A DNA stretch of 64,000 nt from assembly GCA_023382875.1 (NCBI GenBank), contig JAHDXH010000002.1, positions 69,724 through 133,723 of the forward strand, written 5' to 3'. How positions within the stretch are numbered: position 1 is the stretch's first letter; the number at the start of each line of letters is the position of its first letter. The translations under genes and the position numbers were made by a program. Positions 29,130 through 37,312 of the stretch are shown here, piece by piece. Origin of the DNA: Patescibacteria group bacterium. Lineage in GTDB: Bacteria > Patescibacteriota > Microgenomatia > UBA1400 > PJMF01. Below the pieces are notes generated by a model. It worked only from the letters and a program-made list of their open reading frames with translations, ran no database searches and was not told the DNA's origin.

Positions 29130-30458
29130 ATGAAGAAAAATTTTAAATTTTCCAACCTTAAAATGAAGTCACTTTTTAGAGCGGCTGGCGTTTTCTTTTT
29201 ATTGTTTGCGGTTTTTTCTGGAATTTTTGCTGGTTTATTGAATCAACAAGATATTAGACAAAGAGCTAGTGAAGGCTATGGTAATGTGGAAATTGTTTTG
29301 GTTCCTTCAACAACACCTCTTCAAACCAATAATTTATCAACAGTTTTTGTTCGCCTAAACACTAAGGGTGAAGAAATCGATGGTGTTCAAGTCGTTTTTG
29401 ACCTTTTGACTCAAGTGACCAATGATGTCACTGTGCGGGTCAACGAAAGTACGGGTCTTAAGTGGGCATGGGATAGAGTTGAGGGTATTCAGGGTGGTAG
29501 AAAAGTTAGTTTTGCTGCTATTACTAGCGATCCTTATAAGCCATTTAAAAGTAATTCTCCGGTTGATGTAGCAGAAATCACGTTTGTGGCTAAAAATCCT
29601 GGCCCATTAACCATGGTTTTCGATGGTTTTATGACCAAGGCTAACAAACATCAACAATTGAGAAATGTCTTGAAACCAATCATCGTTCAAGAATACGATG
29701 TGAAAGTTGCGCCTTCGCCAACCCCCTCACCGACTCCAAAGCCGGTGGTTTCTTCTGGTGGTAGTTCAAGTTCTGGCGGAACAAAGGGTGGTCAGACAAA
29801 CCCAGCTCCTTCACCGACTCCATCGAGTGTTACTGCCAACGTAGTAGTTAATAGTGTAGGTGGTACTCAGACAATAGATCGTGGTCAGTGTAACGTTGCT
29901 TGTTCGTACTCTAGTCAATGTGACTCTGGTTTTCTTTGTTACGAAGGAAAATGTCGTTTATCAACCAACCTGACCAGCTCGACATGTCAAGATATTAGTA
30001 CCAGAAGCAAGATTTGTAACGATACTTGTACTCAGTCTAGCGAATGTCAGCTTGGTTTGACCTGTTATTCTGGGCAATGTCGATCTACAACTAATCCACA
30101 AAGTCAAACCTGCCAGAATGATGGCACAGTTACCGCTGGTGTGGAAAAGATGTGTGGTCAAACTTGTACTAGTAATAGTGACTGTGGTGATTCTTTGAGT
30201 TGCTATGTTGGTCAATGCCGTTTGGCTACCAATCCCACCAATCCAGAATGTAATGATAAACAGGTTGTAGTCACTAATTTAGGTGGATCAACTGGTTCTC
30301 CCGAGCCATCGCCAGCTCCTGCAAGTTCTGGTCGCTCTTTGGGATTACTGACACAAATTGTTATTGCTTTGGGTGCGACTGTGATTGTTGGCTTTATTGG
30401 TGTAGTTATCTATACCTTGCTAAATAGTCGTAACAGACAGAGAGATCAACAGTTGTAG
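29130..30458 (+). CDS. Surface protein: N-terminal TM, cohesin-like domain, Pro/Ser linker, three Cys-rich repeats, C-terminal TM
   Basis: LNTKGEEIDGVQVVF...VAEITFVAKNPGPLTMVFD cohesin pattern; three 6-Cys repeats; C-terminal hydrophobic helix with a basic tail. Confidence 0.75.
   Translation: MKKNFKFSNLKMKSLFRAAGVFFLLFAVFSGIFAGLLNQQDIRQRASEGYGNVEIVLVPSTTPLQTNNLSTVFVRLNTKGEEIDGVQVVFDLLTQVTNDVTVRVNESTGLKWAWDRVEGIQGGRKVSFAAITSDPYKPFKSNSPVDVAEITFVAKNPGPLTMVFDGFMTKANKHQQLRNVLKPIIVQEYDVKVAPSPTPSPTPKPVVSSGGSSSSGGTKGGQTNPAPSPTPSSVTANVVVNSVGGTQTIDRGQCNVACSYSSQCDSGFLCYEGKCRLSTNLTSSTCQDISTRSKICNDTCTQSSECQLGLTCYSGQCRSTTNPQSQTCQNDGTVTAGVEKMCGQTCTSNSDCGDSLSCYVGQCRLATNPTNPECNDKQVVVTNLGGSTGSPEPSPAPASSGRSLGLLTQIVIALGATVIVGFIGVVIYTLLNSRNRQRDQQL
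29889..30251 (+). repeat. Three tandem Cys-rich protein repeats (C-x3-C-x5-C-x5-C-x4-CR-x9-C)
   Basis: CNVACSYSSQCDSGFLCYEGKCRLSTNLTSSTC / CNDTCTQSSECQLGLTCYSGQCRSTTNPQSQTC / CGQTCTSNSDCGDSLSCYVGQCRLATNPTNPEC. Confidence 0.92.
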
Positions 30459-30482
30459 GGAAGAGTGTTATAATTTCTGCCC

Positions 30483-30986
30483 ATGCCAGTTCTAACTCAC
30501 TTTGCCATCAAAAAAGCTCTGGAAACAGGCGAGATTAAAATTACCCCCAATATCAGCGATGATCAGATTAGCGTTGCCTCTGTTGACTTGACTTTGGGTA
30601 ATGATTTCTGGGTGTATGAAAAACAATTAGGTCCAATTCCAATTAAAGAATCAACCAATTATCTAGATCTAACTAGACACATTCAGTCAGAAGAAATGGT
30701 CATTAAACCTCAGGAGACACTCATTGGTATTACTAAAGAAAAAATTACTTTGCCTGGAAACATCTGTGGTTGGTTGGAAGGTCGAAGTCGTTTTGCCCGT
30801 TTGGGTTTATTGATTCATATTTCTGCTGGTTTAATTCAACCAGGTGTGGATAATCATCAGGTCTTGGAAATTACCAATTTAAGCCCGAATATTTTAACTC
30901 TTCATGCTGGTGAGAGGATTTGCCAGCTGGCATTTCAACGCTGTGAGGGCGAAGCTAAATACAGTGGCAAATTTAAGTCACAATAG
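30483..30986 (+). CDS. dcd: dCTP deaminase
   Basis: ASVDLTLG, EGRSRFARLGL, IQPG, LEITN, RICQL. Confidence 0.92.
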   Translation: MPVLTHFAIKKALETGEIKITPNISDDQISVASVDLTLGNDFWVYEKQLGPIPIKESTNYLDLTRHIQSEEMVIKPQETLIGITKEKITLPGNICGWLEGRSRFARLGLLIHISAGLIQPGVDNHQVLEITNLSPNILTLHAGERICQLAFQRCEGEAKYSGKFKSQ

Positions 30987-31070
30987 CTTATTTGTTCCGA
31001 TAAAAGTTACTTTTGCCAAGATTTTAGGATGATGATATAATTAGACCTCGTTTTATTAAGGAGAAATTAC

Positions 31071-31397
31071 ATGTCAGAAACTCAACACTACGCCATTATC
31101 CAATTGCTCGGCAAACAGCTTCGAGTTACCGCTGGTGAAAAATTAGTGGTAGATCGCTTAGTTGATCATGCTGAAGGCGAAACCTTTGAGGTTAAGGAAG
31201 TCCTCATGGTAGCCAATGGCGACGATGTGAAGATTGGTCAACCTCTGGTCGAAAAAGCCAGTGTGACCTTGAAGGTTTTGGAACATGGCAGAGGCGATAA
31301 AATTAGAGTGGCTGTTTACAAGTCCAAATCTAAATATCGCAAAGCCAATGGCCACCGCCAACATCAAAGCACCGTCGAAGTGGTTAAGATTGCCTAA
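31071..31397 (+). CDS. rplU: 50S ribosomal protein L21
   Basis: YAII..GKQ, KIGQPLV, GHRQ; AAGGAG Shine-Dalgarno. Confidence 0.96.
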   Translation: MSETQHYAIIQLLGKQLRVTAGEKLVVDRLVDHAEGETFEVKEVLMVANGDDVKIGQPLVEKASVTLKVLEHGRGDKIRVAVYKSKSKYRKANGHRQHQSTVEVVKIA

Positions 31398-31427
31398 TCT
31401 TAATCTTGAGCTGGTATACTTTATTTG

Positions 31428-32558
31428 ATGTCTAAATATTTATTCCTATTTGGGAATACCCCTAAATTATCATGGTTAGAACTTAGTTCTTTAGTGCCAT
31501 CAAGTGAGTTGGTACGTGAGAACGTGGCCCAAACCGACTTGGACAGTGAAGAAGCACAGCAAATTTTTGCTAAACTTGGTGGTTCAGTTAAATTAATTGA
31601 GATAACTACTAATCTTAATCCTGACGCCAAAGGTGCTTTATCGCAAATTGCCGAATTTTTGGCCAGCAAAAAATCGTCTGGAAAAATTACTTTTAGTCTT
31701 GGCATTTTAGGCCAAGATTTACTGGATATTTCTGAAACTGATATCAAAAAATATCTTCGAGATAAAATGTCCTTATCCTCTCGTTTTATTGAGCACAAGC
31801 AAAGTGGTTTATCCGCCAGTGTATTGTTACATCAAGAAAAAGTCATTGAAGTAATTTTACTTGAGGTTGATGGTCAAGTTTGGCTTGGCCAAACAGTTGC
31901 GGTTCAAGATATTGATGACTGGACCAAGCGCGACCGTAGAAAACCTTACGCTGACCGCAAAAAAGGTATGTTGCCTCCAAAAGTTGCCAGAATGATGGTT
32001 AATATTGCCGGCACAGAGGCAAAAACTATTTATGATCCATTCTGTGGTACCGGTACAGTTTTGGCAGAGGCATTGATGACTGGTCACGACCTAGTGGTCG
32101 GTTCTGACTTGGATGGTGACGCTACTGCTGGTGCAGAAAAAAACTTAGCTTGGCTCAAAAAAGAGTACGGTTTGTCTGGTGAGGTGAAAATTTTCCTTTC
32201 CGATGTTACTCAAATCAATAAATACTCTGACCTTAAAAATAACCAAGTTGATGCAATCGTGACTGAGCCTTTCTTAGGCAAACCCAGACCACAAATTGAA
32301 CAACTGGATAATATTTATAAGGGCTTAGAAAAGCTTTATTTGGGCGCCTTTAAGGTCTTCAAAGAGGTTTTAAAAAATGGTGGTAAGGTTGTTATTGTTT
32401 TTCCAATGGTTCAAACCTATAAAACAACTTATAGTTTGGAAAATTTGATTGACAAGCTCGAGCAATTGGGTTACACTACTACCTCTGAACCAGTACTATA
32501 TGCAAGAGAAAATGCAGTGGTTCAAAGACAAGTCTTTGTTTTTAAATTAACTAAATAA
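31428..32558 (+). CDS. Trm11/TrmG10-like (UPF0020) RNA amino-methyltransferase
   Basis: MLPPKVARMMVN, YDPFCGTGTVLAEA, GSD, IVTEPFLG. Confidence 0.78.
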   Translation: MSKYLFLFGNTPKLSWLELSSLVPSSELVRENVAQTDLDSEEAQQIFAKLGGSVKLIEITTNLNPDAKGALSQIAEFLASKKSSGKITFSLGILGQDLLDISETDIKKYLRDKMSLSSRFIEHKQSGLSASVLLHQEKVIEVILLEVDGQVWLGQTVAVQDIDDWTKRDRRKPYADRKKGMLPPKVARMMVNIAGTEAKTIYDPFCGTGTVLAEALMTGHDLVVGSDLDGDATAGAEKNLAWLKKEYGLSGEVKIFLSDVTQINKYSDLKNNQVDAIVTEPFLGKPRPQIEQLDNIYKGLEKLYLGAFKVFKEVLKNGGKVVIVFPMVQTYKTTYSLENLIDKLEQLGYTTTSEPVLYARENAVVQRQVFVFKLTK

Positions 32559-32573
32559 AATAATTAACCCGAT

Positions 32574-32834
32574 ATGTCACACGTCAAAGCTTCAGGTAAA
32601 GTTGCACAACATGCTCAAGGCAAGCGCCACGGCAAACGTTTAGGTCTCAAAAAATCTGGTGGTGAAAAGATCCAAGTTGGTCAAATCATCGTCAAACAAC
32701 GAGGTGCTAAATACAAAGTCGGCAAGGGCGTTGGTATGGGTAAAGACCACACTATCTTCGCTATGATTGATGGTTTGGTTAAATTTGGCAAACGCTTTGG
32801 TAAAACTACCATTAGTGTTGTCGCTAAAAACTAA
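32574..32834 (+). CDS. rpmA: 50S ribosomal protein L27
   Basis: [31 protein letters not shown]. Confidence 0.97.
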   Translation: MSHVKASGKVAQHAQGKRHGKRLGLKKSGGEKIQVGQIIVKQRGAKYKVGKGVGMGKDHTIFAMIDGLVKFGKRFGKTTISVVAKN

Positions 32835-32915
32835 TTTTCCCCCGATTCATTTTTCAGATCAATTGCGTGAAATTCCGCTTGTGAAATAGTGATTTGTTTG
32901 TGTTATATATGGTGT

Positions 32916-33734
32916 ATGTCTAACCTAAGAACACTTCCCATTGATCAATTACAAGCCAATCCTTTTCAGCCTCGCGACAAAGTCAAAACTGAAGATATTC
33001 AAGATTTAGCCAAATCAATTAAAACTTATGGTGTTTTAGAGCCATTGGTGGTTGCCGAAACTCCAGCTGGTTTTCAAATTATTGCTGGGGAAAGACGTTG
33101 GCGCGCTTCTAAGTTGGCTGGTTTAACTGAGGTCCCTGTTCACATCAAGAAAACCACCCCTAAGGGTATGTTGGAAATGGCAATTGTGGAAAATGTTCAA
33201 AGAAGCAATTTGTCGGCTTTGGAGCGAGCTCAAGCTTTCCAACGATTGGCACAAGAGTTTACACTTACCAACGAACAAATTGGTGAAAGGGTAGGTAAAT
33301 CTCCATCTTACGTTTCCAACACGATGAGACTGCTAAGACTTCCTGATGCGATTAAAGATGCCCTAACCGATGGTGAAATCTCTGAGGGTCACGCTAGAGT
33401 TTTAGTTTCTTTTGATGATGAAAAGTTGGCGATGAAGGTTTTTAGGCAAATTGTCAAAGAAAAAGCTTCCGTTCGCCGAGCTGAGGAATTAGTTCGTCAC
33501 TATAAAAGCCAAGAAAAAGTTGCTGAGGAGAAAAAAGTTGAAGAGCCAGCAAATATTGATTACGAAAAAGTCGAAAAAGTCAGAGAAAGCTTGCAAAGAA
33601 GAATTCACTCGCCAGGACAAATTAAATTATCTAGATCAAATAGACAAACCAGAATCATTATTACTTTGAGAGGTGACCAAGCTAAGACTCAAGCAGATAT
33701 GGATCGAATAATGGAAATAATTGGCGAGAATTAG
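32916..33734 (+). CDS. parB: ParB/Spo0J partitioning protein
   Basis: NPFQPR, IIAGERRWRA, ENVQR, HTH GKSPSYVSNTMRLL, SEGHAR. Confidence 0.93.
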   Translation: MSNLRTLPIDQLQANPFQPRDKVKTEDIQDLAKSIKTYGVLEPLVVAETPAGFQIIAGERRWRASKLAGLTEVPVHIKKTTPKGMLEMAIVENVQRSNLSALERAQAFQRLAQEFTLTNEQIGERVGKSPSYVSNTMRLLRLPDAIKDALTDGEISEGHARVLVSFDDEKLAMKVFRQIVKEKASVRRAEELVRHYKSQEKVAEEKKVEEPANIDYEKVEKVRESLQRRIHSPGQIKLSRSNRQTRIIITLRGDQAKTQADMDRIMEIIGEN

Positions 33735-34479
33735 CAAACAATTGTTCGCGAGAAATTTCAAAATTTTCTTCAATGTAGTCAGCGGTGAGAGTTAACATCC
33801 ACGGTTCGCAGGTTTTGCCGCGATGGGGCATGGGTGGTAAAAATGGAGCGTCTGTTTCAATAACCACTCTGTTTGAAGGAACTTTTTTCAAGATTTGTCT
33901 GATTAAGTCTGCATTTTTATAAGTCGCATTGCCATCGAAACCAAACCAAGCATTATTTTTTATCATGGCATCAATATAAAAATCTGGGCCAGAAACACAG
34001 TGCAAAACAAAGTTATTTTTGGGTGGTGTTGCGGCTAAAATGTTAATTAAGTCTTGATAGGCCTCATTTTGATCGTCTCTAACATGAAGTGAAAGCGGCA
34101 AATTGAGCTCATTTGCTAATTCTAATTGCGCTTTGAAGCCAGCAATTTGCTGTTCTTTTATGATGGTAGTTTGGGGGTCATTTCTATCTAAACGGAAATA
34201 GTCTAAGCCAATCTCGCCAATAGCGACAACTTTTGGTTTCATGGCCAACATTTTTAGTCTTTTCAGATCCAAATCAGCAATGTCATGCGGATGAACTCCA
34301 ACTGTGGCAAAAAACCCTTTCTCTTCTTGCGCCAGTTGAACGACTTCTTCTGACGATTCCATGTTGGTGCCAATTTGAATAGCATGAGTAACACCTCGAC
34401 TTTGAGCAATTTGCCAATGACTACGCCAATTTTCTTTCAAGCCTTCAAAGTTATAGTGGGTATGAGTATCAATCAACAT
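33682..34479 (-). CDS. tatD: TatD family hydrolase
   Basis: IDTHTH, GVHPH, IGEIGLDY, LHC, ETDAPFL. Confidence 0.93.
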   Translation of the reverse strand: MLIDTHTHYNFEGLKENWRSHWQIAQSRGVTHAIQIGTNMESSEEVVQLAQEEKGFFATVGVHPHDIADLDLKRLKMLAMKPKVVAIGEIGLDYFRLDRNDPQTTIIKEQQIAGFKAQLELANELNLPLSLHVRDDQNEAYQDLINILAATPPKNNFVLHCVSGPDFYIDAMIKNNAWFGFDGNATYKNADLIRQILKKVPSNRVVIETDAPFLPPMPHRGKTCEPWMLTLTADYIEENFEISREQLFANSRQLFPLFDPYLLES

Positions 34480-35894
34480 TAGATGCGGGGGAAAAGTGGA
34501 GTCATAGCTCCAATTTTTTCCTGACTAAAATGTTTGAGGATGGTCTCACTTGTTTGAGGCATGAATGGCTTTAAAAGTGTGGCAATCAAGACAATCTGAG
34601 TAATTGCTTGCTTAAGGATTTGTTGCTGCTCTTCACCAGATTTTGTCCAAGGTTTTTGTTCACTTAAGTATTGGTCAGCTTGACTAATCAAATCAATGAT
34701 TAAGCTTAAAGCGGTTTTAAGTTCAAAACTATTCATGGCTGCTTGGTAAGCTTCGGGTTTAACTGGTGGGGTGAATTGATTGGTTAATTCTGATTTTTCA
34801 GCTAACTTGGCTACCCGTGAGCACAAATTTCCCAGACCATTGGCTAAATTAGCAGTATAGGCGATATCGAGTTTTTCCCAAGAAGTATCCATGTCAGTGC
34901 CAATTGGACCTAAGAACATCAGTAAAAATCTAGTGCCATCAGTGCCATATTTGCTAACCATTTCCGATGGTGAAATAACATTACCCAAAGACTTGCTCAT
35001 TTTTTGCCCATCAATACTGATAAAGCCATTGATTAAAATCTGCTTGGATGGTGGTAAGTTGGCAGCCATTAACATGGCTTGCCACATGGCAGATTGTTGA
35101 CGAAGATTGTCTTTGCCAGCAATCTGTACTCCTGGCCAGAATTCATCGTATTCAGAGCCTGGCTTGGGCCAACCCAAAGTGGAAATATAATTGACTAATG
35201 CGTCGAACCAAACGTACATAACGTGGTCTGGGTCGTTGGGCACAGAAACACCCCAAGGCATTTTTTCTTTGAGACGGGAGATTGAGAAGTCTTGCAAGCC
35301 GCCTTTGACAAATGCGGTAATTTCTTTGAATTTACTAGCTGGTTTGACAAATTCAGGGTTATTTTCGTAATGCTCCAGTAATTGTTTTTCAAAGGCAGAG
35401 AATTTGAAAAAATAGTTTTCTTCTTCTCTTAGTTCTAATTCTTTATTGGGGTGAAGTGGGCATAGCCCATCAACTAGTTCTGAATCTTGTTTTTCCAATT
35501 CACAACCAACACAGTATTTAACTTTATACATTTTTTTGTAAATGTAGCCATTTTGATCACAAATACGCCAAAATTCCTGAGCCGCTTGTTTGTGTTCTGG
35601 ATTGGTAGTACGAATGAAGTGGGTGTAATTTAGATTGAAAATCTTTTTGAGATCTTCAAATTTGGCAGCATAAAAATCAGTATAGGCTTGAGGGTCTTGT
35701 TTGTTTTCTAAGGCTTTTTCGTAGATTTTTTGACCATGCTCATCAGTACCAGTGTTGAAAATAACTGAGTAACCCATCTCACGCATGTGACGGGTAATTA
35801 CGTCAGCAGCAACAATTTCTAAACCAAAGCCGATGTGAGGTTCTGCATTCACATACGGCAGTGTTGTAGTGAGGTAGAAATTATTATTTTTCAC
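34479..35894 (-). CDS. metG: Methionyl-tRNA synthetase (short form)
   Basis: LPYVNAEPHIG, GTDEHG, YVWFDAL, GKDN, KMSKSLGN. Confidence 0.96.
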   Translation of the reverse strand: MKNNNFYLTTTLPYVNAEPHIGFGLEIVAADVITRHMREMGYSVIFNTGTDEHGQKIYEKALENKQDPQAYTDFYAAKFEDLKKIFNLNYTHFIRTTNPEHKQAAQEFWRICDQNGYIYKKMYKVKYCVGCELEKQDSELVDGLCPLHPNKELELREEENYFFKFSAFEKQLLEHYENNPEFVKPASKFKEITAFVKGGLQDFSISRLKEKMPWGVSVPNDPDHVMYVWFDALVNYISTLGWPKPGSEYDEFWPGVQIAGKDNLRQQSAMWQAMLMAANLPPSKQILINGFISIDGQKMSKSLGNVISPSEMVSKYGTDGTRFLLMFLGPIGTDMDTSWEKLDIAYTANLANGLGNLCSRVAKLAEKSELTNQFTPPVKPEAYQAAMNSFELKTALSLIIDLISQADQYLSEQKPWTKSGEEQQQILKQAITQIVLIATLLKPFMPQTSETILKHFSQEKIGAMTPLFPRI

Positions 35895-35957
35895 CTGGTT
35901 ATTGTAACACGCAAAGCCCCACTAGACCTTGGTATCAATTTTTTGTAGGCTAAGGTT

Positions 35958-36320
35958 ATGAATCTTCTTAAGCCTTTTATTGCTACAGCTTTGACATTGG
36001 TAGTTTTGAGCTATTTTTTGCCGAATGTCAGTTTTATGCATTGGACCACTTTGATTATTGCCGCCATTGTCATTACCTTGCTCAATAAAATAGTTAGACC
36101 AATTCTTAAGATCTTGTTCTTGCCGATTAACATTGTAACCTTAGGTTTATTTTCGGTGGTTATTCATGTGGGTTTGTTGTGGTTGGCGACTTATTTGGTG
36201 CCAGGTTTTCAGATCAACAATTTAAATTTGTTTGGTACAGAATTAAATCAGTTTTCTAGTTTGCTTGTAGTGTCGATTATCCTTGGATTTATTCAAGGAT
36301 TGTTTGGCTTAATCCTTTAA
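35958..36320 (+). CDS. 4-TM 'phage holin family' (YvlD-like) membrane protein
   Basis: NKIVRPILKILFLPINIVTLGLF signature. Confidence 0.85.
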   Translation: MNLLKPFIATALTLVVLSYFLPNVSFMHWTTLIIAAIVITLLNKIVRPILKILFLPINIVTLGLFSVVIHVGLLWLATYLVPGFQINNLNLFGTELNQFSSLLVVSIILGFIQGLFGLIL

Positions 36321-36359
36321 TTTTTTGTTCTGAACAGTTAATTAAGATATAATATCGGT

Positions 36360-37310
36360 ATGTTGAAAAAAAATGGCTGGTTACTAATTTTTTCCTTTGT
36401 CTTTCTTCTGGCGGGAGCAATTTTGGCGCGCCCAGCTTTGGCTCAAAAATCACTCCTTCAAGCTGAGTTGGAAATTATTAATGATGAAGCAACTGATGCG
36501 GCTCAGGCCACTAGTGAAGGTACTTTGGCCACCCCTTCGGCTGAGGTGGTAGAAAAAATTCAGAAAAAAACTGAAGAAGATATTACTCAGCCTACCGTTA
36601 AGCAAAAAAGCAAACTTGCACAATATCTCGATGACACTCCAGTTGGTCCATTAAGTTGGAATAACTTTCTTCAACATGCTATCCGCAACGCTATTGCTGA
36701 TGGTGTAGCACCAAATATTATTGTGTTGGTTTTGCTTTTCCCACTGGTTGCTTCTTTAATTGCTGCTTCAAGACACATTATTGGTTTGAGAGGCTTTGGT
36801 ATTTATATTCCTGCTGTTTTAGCTGTGGCTTTGGTATCAACGGGCATTATGGAGGGTTTGGCCATTTTTGGTGCGATTGTGGTGGTGGCTATTTTTTCTA
36901 AAAAATTCCTTAGAAAAACCAAGCTATCTTACTTGCCTAGAACGGCCATGTTGCTTTGGTTGATTTCGATGGGTATTTTCGCAGTTATATTGCTTTCGCC
37001 AACCTTTGGTTTGGTTTCATTGATGAGTATTAACATCTTCCCGATTTTGATTTTAGTGCTCTTGTCGGAAAACTTCTTAGATGCACAATCTCGTTCTAAG
37101 CAGTCAGAAGCGATTGCTTTGACTGTTGAAACTTTAGCTTTGGCCTTTGCCTCAAGTTTGCTTTTGCGCTGGGATATTATGCAAAAATTTGCCTTAACTG
37201 AGCCAGAGCTTTTAATTTTTACTATTGCTTTGATGAACGTGATCATTGGCAAATTTACCGGTTTAAGACTTAAAGAGTGGTTTAGATTCCGATCATTGAT
37301 CGAAGAATAA
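36360..37310 (+). CDS. 7TM-domain membrane protein (7TM_transglut-like, without a transglutaminase domain)
   Basis: Signal peptide; RHIIGLRGFGIYIP, YLPR, IFPILIL..LSE, IGKFTGLRLKEWFRF. Confidence 0.82.
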   Translation: MLKKNGWLLIFSFVFLLAGAILARPALAQKSLLQAELEIINDEATDAAQATSEGTLATPSAEVVEKIQKKTEEDITQPTVKQKSKLAQYLDDTPVGPLSWNNFLQHAIRNAIADGVAPNIIVLVLLFPLVASLIAASRHIIGLRGFGIYIPAVLAVALVSTGIMEGLAIFGAIVVVAIFSKKFLRKTKLSYLPRTAMLLWLISMGIFAVILLSPTFGLVSLMSINIFPILILVLLSENFLDAQSRSKQSEAIALTVETLALAFASSLLLRWDIMQKFALTEPELLIFTIALMNVIIGKFTGLRLKEWFRFRSLIEE

Positions 37311-37312
37311 AC

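Noticed and set aside
11495-30330. Pro/Ser/Thr-rich repeats in PBP1A and the two surface proteins as DNA tandem repeats
   Set aside because: Codons vary between units; these are ordinary low-complexity linkers.
32835-33734. parS site or parA next to parB
   Set aside because: No TGTTTCACGTGAAACA-like palindrome was noticed nearby and there is no parA in the window; a lone parB is unremarkable.
35895-35957. T-box or S-box leader for metG
   Set aside because: The intergenic gap is only ~60 nt and holds divergent leaderless-type promoters, with no GGTGGNACC.
35958-36320. 'Phage holin' gene as evidence of a prophage
   Set aside because: This YvlD-like family is common in chromosomes, and no endolysin, structural, terminase or integrase genes are nearby. 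It has a separate promoter from the 7TM operon, so it was also not counted in that system.
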